From Antedon mediterranea (taxonomy: Eukaryota > Animalia > Echinodermata), in NCBI RefSeq assembly GCF_964355755.1, contig NC_092670.1:9290201-9354200 (forward strand): 64,000 bases of DNA, read 5' to 3'. Below are positions 53,370 through 63,463 of this stretch, one piece after another. The notes beneath the pieces are model-generated. The model made no database searches. It was not told where the DNA came from and saw only the letters and a list, made by a program, of their open reading frames with translations. The position numbers and the translations under genes are program-made. The stretch's first letter is position 1, and each line of letters begins with the position of its first letter.

Positions 53370-53810
53370 ACACCTCATGGAACATAGTAAAAGTAGTTAT
53401 GTTCACACATCCATTTTAGTGCTGTCATTACCTTAATGCCTACCTCATGAAACCTAGTAAAAGTGGCATGGTTCACGCTTCCTTTTTAGTGATGTTAATG
53501 CGTAGAACTATCTCATGAAACCTAGTTTAGATAGCATGGTTAAGTTCACGCTTCCTTTTTAGTGATGTTAATGCGTAGAACTATCTCATGAAACCTAGTT
53601 TAGATAGCATGGGTATGTTCTCGCTTCCATTTTTAGTGACGTTAATGTCTAGAATTATCTCATAAAACCTAGTTTAGATAGCATGGGTATGTTCTCGCTT
53701 CCATTTTTAGTGACGTTAATGCCTAGAATTATCTCATGAAACCTAGTTTAGATAGCATGGTTATGTTCACGCTTCTATTTGTACAGTAATTACCTATAGG
53801 CATACCTCAT
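53370..53810. repeat. 73-74-bp minisatellite, about 6 copies
   Basis: Unit starts (cttc) at 53478, 53551, 53624, 53698 and 53772. Confidence 0.92.
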
Positions 53811-53887
53811 AAAGCCAATGTCGAATTTTGTGAAAACAAATTAACACGTTTACATTTTTATTTGTTTAGTGCCTACCTGTTCAAAAG

Positions 53888-56251
53888 ATGTCGAAGACGC
53901 TAGCAGGGATATTCGTATTTACGTTTTCATTATCTTTATTGCCATCGCCTTGCAGTACATTATCGTGTAAAACACATTCGTGCATCTACGTTCCCGATAC
54001 ACGTAGGTTAGAATGCGCCAGTTTAACAATGAACTGTATACCAAACGTAAACAGACGGACACTTGCAATGATTGATATAAAAAATAACGTGATAACACGC
54101 TTATCACCGAGAAGTTTTATCAACTATCCAAATCTTGAACAATTGGATCTTAGTAACAATTTAATATCGGCCATTGACCATGGAGCATTTACAGGTCTGA
54201 GAAGACTTCGAACACTTTGGTTGAATTTTAATCGCATTACCACTTTGACCACTAACATGTTTCAATCGATGCCAAATCTTGAAATACTCCATCTAGAAGG
54301 TAATGCCATTGTTTCAATAGACCCAAACGCGTTTGCTGGACTAACTCGATTAAGAGAGATCAATCTTAACGCTAACCGTTTGCAGAACCTGCCAGAAAAT
54401 GTGTTTCATTCTGTACCGACCTTAGTTCGTTTGATGTTAAGTGAAAACCGTTTGAACCTCCCTTCAACGTCACGGATATTTACTGGCCTTAAATTATTGG
54501 TGGATTTAGAACTAGAAGGCAACCATTTTACAAATCTGCCAAATATTAACGGGTTAAGTTCGTTATCTGATCTTGACCTAACCGATAACCAGATTACTGA
54601 CGTTTTGAATAATAGTTTTTCAACTAACTTGGGGCTTCGTGAGTTAAAACTTGCACGTAACAGAATTGTTTCGGTTCAATCTAATGCGTTTACGGGTATC
54701 AACCGCTTACTGGAATTAGATTTAGCATTCAATCTACTAACAAATCTTCCAGATCAGTCTATTAGAAATCTAAGAAGTCTTGAAAGATTGATTTTGAACA
54801 ATAACCAACTTTCGTCTATCGGTAATGACTTCAGTTCTTTTACAAAATTACAAGTCATTAGATTTGATAATAATATGCTCCATGAAATACCAAATCTTCG
54901 GGCGAACACGGCCATGACAAACATAGGGCTACGCATGAATAAACTTACAACGTTTGACCCAGAGAACATCGCCATGATGCCACAATTGACAAGAATAGAT
55001 CTTCGTAATAATTTACTAAATTGCGATTGCCGATTGAAACGGCTTCGCCAATTTTACATAACTCAAGCAGTTCCAGGTTTTGAAATCCCTGTGTGCACAT
55101 CACCTTTGTCGTTGAATGGGCGAAAATTAACGAGTGTTTTAGATTCTCAATTTGTGTGTTACCCTCCAAAGGTTGTAGCGCCACGACGAGTTGTGACAGT
55201 TTCTCTCGGACAACCAGCTATACTCGAATGCCATGGAAGTGGTAACCCAATACCAACAATAACATGGCGACTTCACGATCGCTTAAGATCTTTAGTTACT
55301 AAGCATACACAAAGTGTAAAATATAGTGTCTCGCAGTTCGGCTCACTTCACATAGCTAAGACCGTGCCAACTGATGCTGGATATTATATGTGCCGTGGCA
55401 CAAATCCTGCAGGTGAAGCTCAAGCGGAAGTAAGACTTCAGCTTCGAGCACCACCACCAAAGGGCACGACAGCAAAACCAAGATTGATAACAGCTGCGCC
55501 TAGACCAACTAACAATAAACCGGGATTACCTACTACGCCACATGATGACGTCATCGTTACTTGGAGCGATAGAACACAAATATTGAATTTTCCAAACGGG
55601 CCATTAATTCCTAAAACAAAACGACCAGATTCCACTATCGGAAAAAATAACTCGCATCCAATGGATTCATGCCGACTAAGTTCTGTTCCTATAGTTGCTA
55701 GTGTGGTAGTAACATTTTTTGTAACTTCTTTAGTTTGTACTATTTTAATACTATTTTTCTATAAACAAATAAGGTACTTTTTACATAAATACACGCCTTT
55801 ACGTAGATATAATTCACATATAGGAGTCCGTTTCAATAGCACTGATTCCAGAGATCATAACACTAATCTGACTTCATTTGAACATGTGGAAAACAGCCAG
55901 CTCCCTGAAGGAGTGTATGTCGTTCGTCCAGGGCAAGATGAGGCCTATCATAGCGGTAGCTGTTCTAGTAGAGAAAGCATTGACAGTAAGCCAAGTAACA
56001 GGTACATATTAAGTGATACATTGCCGAGTTCTACCAGCAATAGGTACCTTAGCTATGAAGAAACTAATGCAGTTCAAACGGGCGCCCAAAGCCTAAATAG
56101 TTATTATCGCAGGCCAAATAATCATTATCAGAACTTTAGAATTGCCGAAGAGGATCCAAATTACGCTAGTCTATTTCATCCTCCGGCAGCTCAATCGGAA
56201 AGAGCTAGTCAGGCATTCAGTGGTAGAACCTACATGGATCTTTCAAGGTGA
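53888..56251 (+). CDS. Leucine-rich repeat and Ig domain-containing single-pass membrane protein (LRRN/LINGO/LRRC4-like architecture), intronless CDS, 787 aa
   Basis: Signal peptide, Cys cap, about 14 LxxLxLxxN repeats, LRRCT (NCDCRL...PVCTSP...FVC), I-set Ig (LECHGSGNPIPTITW...DAGYYMC), P/T-rich stalk, TM IVASVVVTFFVTSLVCTILILFFY and a Tyr-rich tail. Confidence 0.95.
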   Translation: MSKTLAGIFVFTFSLSLLPSPCSTLSCKTHSCIYVPDTRRLECASLTMNCIPNVNRRTLAMIDIKNNVITRLSPRSFINYPNLEQLDLSNNLISAIDHGAFTGLRRLRTLWLNFNRITTLTTNMFQSMPNLEILHLEGNAIVSIDPNAFAGLTRLREINLNANRLQNLPENVFHSVPTLVRLMLSENRLNLPSTSRIFTGLKLLVDLELEGNHFTNLPNINGLSSLSDLDLTDNQITDVLNNSFSTNLGLRELKLARNRIVSVQSNAFTGINRLLELDLAFNLLTNLPDQSIRNLRSLERLILNNNQLSSIGNDFSSFTKLQVIRFDNNMLHEIPNLRANTAMTNIGLRMNKLTTFDPENIAMMPQLTRIDLRNNLLNCDCRLKRLRQFYITQAVPGFEIPVCTSPLSLNGRKLTSVLDSQFVCYPPKVVAPRRVVTVSLGQPAILECHGSGNPIPTITWRLHDRLRSLVTKHTQSVKYSVSQFGSLHIAKTVPTDAGYYMCRGTNPAGEAQAEVRLQLRAPPPKGTTAKPRLITAAPRPTNNKPGLPTTPHDDVIVTWSDRTQILNFPNGPLIPKTKRPDSTIGKNNSHPMDSCRLSSVPIVASVVVTFFVTSLVCTILILFFYKQIRYFLHKYTPLRRYNSHIGVRFNSTDSRDHNTNLTSFEHVENSQLPEGVYVVRPGQDEAYHSGSCSSRESIDSKPSNRYILSDTLPSSTSNRYLSYEETNAVQTGAQSLNSYYRRPNNHYQNFRIAEEDPNYASLFHPPAAQSERASQAFSGRTYMDLSR

Positions 56252-56487
56252 GAACGTCAATAGAGTGAAGTTTGATCATCGTTGCACAAGTTAAGTGACG
56301 TGTAGCAATGATCATAATAGCCTAGCTTGAAACCATTCCATCTTTTCAATAGAAGTTGTTTTCCTGCCACAATGCGAGCAACCAGCTGGATTATTCCAAG
56401 AGTGGCAAAGTTACTCAAATGAACAACGTGTTGTTGAACCTTTACGGATAGTTGTCCTACATTATCTTCAGTTAGCTCTTGAAGTTT

Positions 56488-57526
56488 GGGTGTCACGAAA
56501 CCTAAGACCACGAAAGCTAAGACCCCCTAAGACCTAAGATCACGAAAGCTTAGACCCAACACCTAAGATTACAAATACTAAGATATACTACAGCTTAAAA
56601 ACAATACTTGTTTATCCATACATAATTTTAAACACAGTAGGTTTAATTTATTACCATAAATATAATTTAATACTACCGCAAAACATAGATAAACTCACAT
56701 TATTGATGTTGAGTAAATGTATATTTTTTCTTTACAACAAACAAACTTGACGGGTTGTTTGTTGGTATATATTTACTCCATTGTGTTGGTTCAGAGGATG
56801 TTTTTCTTACGCACCTGCCTTTCTTGTATTTTGACTCCAAATTTGTTGACTAACTTTATCCTGAACACCACACTTTAAAATTAGGACTTATAAGTACTTT
56901 CAGAAGGAGAAACACATATTATTATGTGTTTCTTTGTATACTGTAATGAAACTCCTCGAGCTTAGCTCCCCATGTTCAATGTTTTTGTTTCTATGGAGCG
57001 CCAAAAGAGCAACAATAATAGTACAAGTATAAAAACAGAAAGAAAACGAAACAAAAAAACTTATCATGATTTTTAAATTAAAATTTATTTTGCCAGTATT
57101 TATTTCTTCGTACTTGCATGATTATACTATTATCATTACAATTTTAATTTTACATTGTTCCATCCACACTGTAGATGGACTCCACAGAGTATTCAGCCCT
57201 CTATATAATTTTTGCTCTTTTGACGTTCCATAGAAACAAAAACATTGAACATGGGGTAGGCCTACTGTACTGTAGGCTAGTCATTTTGTGTGCGAGAAAA
57301 ACGTCTGTAAAACCATCAATTTAAAAATGTATTTGTTACTTTTTATGTGATTCTTTTTCATGAAAGTGCCAATTCTAAGGTGTGGTATTCAGAATAAATG
57401 TTTGGAGTTAAAATACAAGGCAGGTGCGAAAGATAAATATTTGTAATCTTAGGTCTGGGTCTTAGCTTTCGTAATCTTAGGTCTTAGGGGGTCTTAGCTT
57501 TCGTGGTCTTAGGTTTCGTGACACCC
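56488..57526. mobile_element. Foldback-type non-autonomous DNA transposon
   Basis: ~90-bp TIRs gggtgtcacgaaacctaagacc... with modular ctaagac subrepeats; further internal inverted blocks; cttgaag at 56478-84 and 57527-33. Confidence 0.85.
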
Positions 57527-60310
57527 CTTGAAGGGTACATCTGTTCGTTATAATGGACATAAGATTCATATTCAGTTTGTCCATCAATAGACTAACCTCA
57601 GTCGTGCAATATTGTTACCGGTAATGTTTCGTTGTTTTGTATTATACAGGTAGGCCTACTGTAACAGGGATGTTTTGTTACATCATCGGTGTAATAGGCC
57701 TACGCAGATTTTGTGTATCCAATGGATCCTTTCTAGGATTTTGTCCCATTGCTCGGTTCAATAATATAATTTGCACTTCAAAATCCTGGACCCGCCTTTG
57801 TTACGAGGCGGCTTATGAAATTGTTTGAGGTTGGCTGGTTTGTTTAATTGGAAATCGTTTAATTTGTATAACTGGTATTTATATAACGTGGCTTTATGCT
57901 TCGTTTGTACAGCAAAATAATGTAAATATTATGTACTATTTTGTGAATACAACATATACTATGGCAAGTTAAACACGCCAAAAACACATAACACACCACT
58001 CACAAATTATCCATTTGTACAACATTCAAATCATACAATCTTATATCATGCAGTTCATTCAATGAAAACATCATTTAATTGATTTGCTGTGTTTAGTTGT
58101 ACAATTTGAATGTATCAATGTTAAGATTATTACTGTATTAAAAAGACAAATTCCGTGATACCGTATCACAGAATTATGTATGATGCTTGTCAACAATGTC
58201 ATATGTATACAGATAGTACTGGAAGGTGCTAATGAACCTTCATGTGTTTGTCACCCTTCTGAGAATTTTCTTTTCCGCGTCCAAAATTGGAGCGCCGCTC
58301 TTTTTTTTTAAGTTAAGTGTAGTCTCCCGTCTAGCCTTGAAATGATTTAAGAAAGAAGAGGGCAAATAATTCATAGTTTTGTATTCATAAAATTGTGAGA
58401 ATAGTTCATGAGTTGAAATAATGAATGATATTTAATGGATTCTGTTAAATAGAGCAGTCAATCTTTCAGCTTATGTGATATTTCCCCATTTAACTCATAA
58501 ACATTAAATGTTTACGTACTTTACATACAAGGATGACAAGGTGTTTTATATTATAAAAGTAATAAAGAAGTAATTACCATATTATATTATAAAAGTAATA
58601 AAAAAGTAATTACTTTTATAATATAAAATACATTGTCAAATGTCATGTATAAAGTAGGTGTTACATAATCCGTGTGAAAAAGAAGCAAATCGGTACACTT
58701 AATCCTCTTCACACGGTGCAGTGTGCAGTGCATCCACAGCTGAACACCAGCAGTCCCCTTTCCTGGGCGCGATATTTCTTTTCGTACGTCACAAAATAAA
58801 TATGAATATTCATTAGTCATATCCATGTGTGATGTAAGAATTGAGCTAACTACAATCCGCTAATTATAATGCAAGCGCTCCGTCTGAAGTTGAATGGATT
58901 AGACTATTATATGGACTTTGCATGTTGTGTTCGAATGCCATGAGCAACTTCTTTTTACTTTATAGTGAGAGAGATTATTTAGAGGGTTAAGTTTATTTAG
59001 AAATTAGTTCGGCTATCTTTCACATCAAGAGTTCCCAACTTATGTACGAAAAAAAAAGTCGCGTCCTCGGCAAGTCTCCCTAGGCTGTTCCATGTCTGAG
59101 TAATAAGTCTCATTTCCTGATCTACTGTTCTTCGGGTTCCATTTCGTCTGCCTTTCTCTGACGTTTTGGTGTCCATCGCCTGACTATCTGTCCACGCGTA
59201 AAACGCCGTTATTACTGTATGTTATTTCATCATTATGTCGTTAAAAAAAAGTTTATTAGACCAGTCATAGAACGAGTGGTCTTATGCTAAAAAAAAGTAA
59301 AACTTACAAAAATGCCGCTCGACTTTTTTACTTAACAGTTTAAGTTTAAATTATCGTTCTTTCCTTTCCTTAATAATTCGTTTATTGATATTTTAATAAA
59401 TTAAGAAACAATGATTTATTATCAATCATGTTTGCTACTAGACGAACTGTTCGGACCACAAAACATTTACACATAGGCCTACACATACATACACATGAAC
59501 TAAAAAAAATTACCCAGCAAGGTCATATTTCATGCATCTTTTTACACTAGTAAAATCAAATTATCTTGTTGAATGTACATCATCATATGCGACCATTACA
59601 CATACTGTTTTGTAATGCTTCCGTTCTCTTCTATTATACTGTAACTGCCTAAAGACGAGGCGCGAAAAAAAAGTATTAGGCCTAAGCGATATTTTAGAAA
59701 AGCGATAGGGAAAGCTGCAAGCCTCGTAATTTAGCGTTTTTACTGAACGTCTCTCGTTTTCATTTTTCACTCGAGAACCATGCGAAGTTTCGTGTTTTGT
59801 GTTTTCTGAGCGGGGAACATAAATTAACAGTGTTTCCTGGGAATTGGAAGGGTGACACGATATTCACACATCCACATATGACTTTTGATGACATATGACT
59901 TTTGATGACATACAGTAATGCGGAACATATAATGGCTATATAAATATTGATTTCGATCACGAAAGTATCATGCCGATATAATCCGAAAACTCTTCCGATA
60001 ATGGAGAGAGTCTCCCGATATTTCGAGTCATCACCTTCTCTTCCACTTTCCCGCTAATTGCAATTTCTCGGATAAACCAAACAAATATCCCGATATGTAT
60101 ACATTTTTAAATTCTAACTCTAAAAATTTAAAGATAGAGAATAGAAAACAAACTAATTATAATATCGGTGCGTAAGATGGTTATATACAGTAATTAATTC
60201 AATTTACCATTCAAATACAAAAAGTACTCAACGAATCTGCTTGTTGACAACGAAATAAAAATTCCCATTCGGATACGACAAATGTTTACGTTACATATGC
60301 CAATATCTTT

Positions 60311-60599
60311 AGGCAGAGCCATATATTGAAAGAGTTATGACATTGCGTTCACGTATTTTAGAAAGTCACGTGGGATGCACATCGGCCATTTTTGTATCCA
60401 ACTATTCCTATGTACCTTTAAACAAATTGATTGTTTTGATATTAAATTCTATAATAAAAGCATTTTGAACGTTATACATTTTAAAAATTAAAACAAAGGA
60501 CTCAACTCCATACTCTACATAGGAATAGTTGGACACAAAAATGGCATCTGATCCATTCAAAGTCGTAACTCTTTCAATAATAATATGGCAAAGTGCCCT
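60311..60599. mobile_element. Palindromic MITE-like element
   Basis: gccatatattgaaagagttatgac / gtcgtaactctttcaataataatatggc and gccatttttgtatccaactattcctatgta / tacataggaatagttggacacaaaaatggc. Confidence 0.7.
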
Positions 60600-60935
60600 C
60601 TATGGTTTGATTGCGGGTTGTTTGAATGTTGATATTGTAAGGATGCAGGTTTTCAATTTCGCAAAAACATACAAATCAATGTCATGTGCGTTTTGAAGAT
60701 GTTTATTTCAAGAGAAACAAATAGTCAACCTTTTCAACCAAATTGAAAGTGATGGGATAAATCATAATATTTGATAAGAAAATCAATCGTCCCGCTAGCA
60801 ATTGGGATAAACAGTTTACCAACCAAACACTATAGCAGGACTAAATAGGCCTATTGTATGAAGTAAGTATATTTAAAATAATAGGCCTTATGTTATATTC
60901 ACGAATTCCTTTGATTTTTTTATAGCATTTACAAC

Positions 60936-61014
60936 AGCTAAATGAAAACAATATAGTAAAAGAGGCAGAAATAAAGAGCTTTCGGGCAAAGTTACACTTG
61001 TCCTTCTTCAGTAG
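60936..61014 (-). ncRNA. Degenerate minimal hammerhead ribozyme motif plus downstream module (Penelope-like)
   Basis: Minus strand CTGAAGA-A-GGACAA..TTGCCC-GAAA-GC-TC; stem I is broken; the downstream ~45 nt is homologous to 63460-63505. Confidence 0.6.
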
Positions 61015-61519
61015 TCCAAGCAAAGAACTTATAACACAAGAATCTCCTGTTCGTCCAAAGCTTGTAACAATTGCGAAAGGCATTGTAGGATAGAATAGAG
61101 CTAATGGGCCATGGAGTAGCGCACCCGCATCAAATTAGAAAGTCAAAATCATAGAGGGATCTGCTAATACTATAGAGGGGATAGAGTAATTGACTGAGCC
61201 CTATATGAATTAGTAGTTTTGACTTCCTTTTAACCCTGTACTTCCGATAGTGTGTTTTGAATGCAAATTGAAGAACAGGAGATTCTTGTGTTATAAGTTC
61301 TTTGGTCCATGTCAAAGTATTTAGAGAAAATACAGAATGTAAATGGGTGACGATACCTGACACGTTTCTCGGACAGGTGACGTAGAATTTTGATATTTTT
61401 CGAAGTACTCAAGGATTATATATAATGCTACAAATATTTTTAAAAAAGTAATATATTGAGGCCTCTAAATCTACAATTAATCAATAATTACGGGTTTAAC
61501 AACACTCATCAGTGCGGTT

Positions 61520-61923
61520 TTAACATGATGCACTTGGCGCAGGGACATCACAATATTCCCAACGTCTCTGAGGGTCCGTGGTGTAGCACCAAGGACCTTC
61601 TCGGTTACTGCTTTGTGACGGGTTAACAGGTGGAGCATTACCAAGCGTTCGACAATAATTATGTTCTCCAAAATGTGTAGGAAACAAAGGAGGATTTCCG
61701 TTTGCACTTACATACCCGCGATACTTCTTAACGGGTTTGTGGGGTGTCTTTTCTGACCACATCTGGCATGTATAACCACTTCTTGTAACGGATAAAGTAC
61801 CAAAGTAATCCCCGCCGTCCTCTCTCGTGTAGCATTCTGGATCCGAGTCTGCAGCTGCTGCTGTTGATTGCTCCTCTGGTGCTTGTGTTGAATCACTATT
61901 CGAGGAGTCTTCCTCGACAACGT
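61520..61923 (-). CDS. Terminal exon of a kringle-domain protein
   Basis: Acceptor ctttttgtag|AC; CY..DGGDYFGTLSVTRSGYTCQMW..TPH..HNYCR..GPWCYTTDPQRRWEYCDVP..C*, with 6 Cys. Confidence 0.88.
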
Positions 61924-62027
61924 CTACAAAAAGCAATAATGTACACGTTTAACATAAATCCCTTTTGGGAAACAATAAAGGGCGTAGATTGTAGAGAGAT
62001 CAGTTATGTTTTGATTTACTTGACAAT

Positions 62028-62180
62028 GAGGCCGACTCGCTTCTAGCTGGTGATGGAACTCTTCTCGGATAAGGATTATAAACAGTAGTGTGCATTTTAA
62101 AGAACCCAGTTCATTATTCGAGAAGAGTAGGGGTTACTCCGGTGAACTGGTTCACAAAATAGCCCCTGCTGTATCAGAGG
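62028..62180 (+). mobile_element. Decayed SINE fragment in the kringle-gene intron
   Basis: ggataagga..ataaac..taaagaaccca..tcgagaagagtagggg, a segment typical of invertebrate tRNA-SINE central domains. Confidence 0.45.
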
Positions 62181-62396
62181 GATTATCACAGGACAGTGAT
62201 TAATTTACTAATGGTAATCATTGGTGAAATTACATAAAGACATAACAAAATATAAATAAAAAATAATACTAAATATAGTTGGCTATAGGCGGTGAATGGT
62301 TTAGTTTCACCCCACGTTGATATCTAAAATGCATGGCTTGGATTGATGATGATGAATGAATGGTATACCTGGCGGACTTGGCTTGGCCATACTTAC

Positions 62397-62513
62397 TACG
62401 TTGGACTTGATCCCCAGCACCCGGCTCATCAATAGGTTCATCAATTTCATTATCCTCTTCATCACCAGTTATATCAGAATTTTGTGGTGAACATGAAATT
62501 GCTAGAGTTTCGT
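62397..62513 (-). CDS. Penultimate (acidic linker) exon of the kringle-domain gene
   Basis: attttag|AC GAA...CGT A|gtaagt; 117 bp, phase 1-1, ETLAISCSPQNSDITGDEEDNEIDEPIDEPGAGDQVQR; in frame with the kringle exon. Confidence 0.75.
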
Positions 62514-62776
62514 CTAAAATATAAAGTCCACAATATTTTAATTAAATGCATTTAAAATGAGCATATATTATGATATTGATTTGTGATATTACAAAATGGA
62601 GACAATTGAAAGCCTCGACCAAATATTTACACGCGCCTCTCACTGTATCAATCGCAGTTGAAATACAGTTATGCGTAATAAAAATGTTTAGGCTTATACT
62701 ATCATTATTATTAGTATTGTTACCGTCGTTGTTGTTGTTTTAATGTATTACTATTCTAGGTCTATAGTGTTGCTTA

Positions 62777-63180
62777 AGGCCCATTTACACTAGGGTGATA
62801 ACGATCGACGATAATAGATAGACATTGATTTTTGTTTGGATAAAACGAAAGAAATTAGAACAGTTTCTTTCTAGAACTATAGGATAATCATGTATGCTGT
62901 ATTTAATAAAAATATTATTTTTGAAAATCCAATCAAATGACGTCATGATCAATAAAAACAATAAAATCGTTGTATTGTAACAATATTATTGCTCTTACTA
63001 ATCATGACGTCATTTGATTGGACGTGTGGAAATGTTATTTTCATCAAAGGCAGCATAGATGATAATCCTACAGTTCTAAGATGAAAACTTTTAAAAATTC
63101 TTTTGTTTTATGTATGAAAAATGCATAGGCCTATTTATCTTTTTATTGTCGATCGTTATCGCCCTAGTGTAAATGGGCCT
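62777..63180. mobile_element. Fully palindromic MITE (PIF/Harbinger-like, TTA TSD)
   Basis: tta|aggcccatttacactagggtgataacgatcgac ... gtcgatcgttatcgccctagtgtaaatgggcct|tta; the internal arms are also inverted. Confidence 0.88.
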
Positions 63181-63344
63181 TTAAAGGTCTCTTGACCTTA
63201 ATTGGCTTTCTTCTGCATCATATTTTGCTAATTAATTTAATACTAATCTGTATTAATATGTTTGATGCATTGTGAAATAGAAACGTCTGCGTTCAAACAT
63301 AAACGGCTAAACAGTTTATTTGGCGCATGCTTATATATATAATT

Positions 63345-63422
63345 GGTTCTTGGTGCTACACCACGGACCCTCAGTGACGTTGGGATTATTGTGTTGTCCC
63401 TGCGCCAAGTGAATCATGTTAA
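63345..63422 (+). pseudogene. Inverted partial duplicate of the kringle C-terminus
   Basis: 63345-63436 matches the reverse complement of 61506-61597 at 87/92 nt; AGA>TGA creates an in-frame stop. Confidence 0.85.
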
Positions 63423-63426
63423 AACC

Positions 63427-63463
63427 GCACTGATGAAGGGCTAGTGTTGCCCGAAAGCTCTGC
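63427..63463 (+). ncRNA. Minimal type I hammerhead ribozyme (Penelope-like element type)
   Basis: GCA-CTGATGA-A-GGGC-tagtgtt-GCCC-GAAA-GC-TC-TGC: intact core, 4-bp stem II, palindromic AGCT stem III, stem I gca/tgc; predicted cleavage after 63460. Confidence 0.75.

Noticed and set aside
53919-55635. Antisense ORFs inside the LRR-Ig CDS
   Set aside because: Shadow frames of a real coding sequence.
61130-61412. Penelope GIY-YIG or RT coding remnant between the hammerheads
   Set aside because: No frame gave recognisable RT or GIY-YIG motifs, so no autonomous element is claimed.
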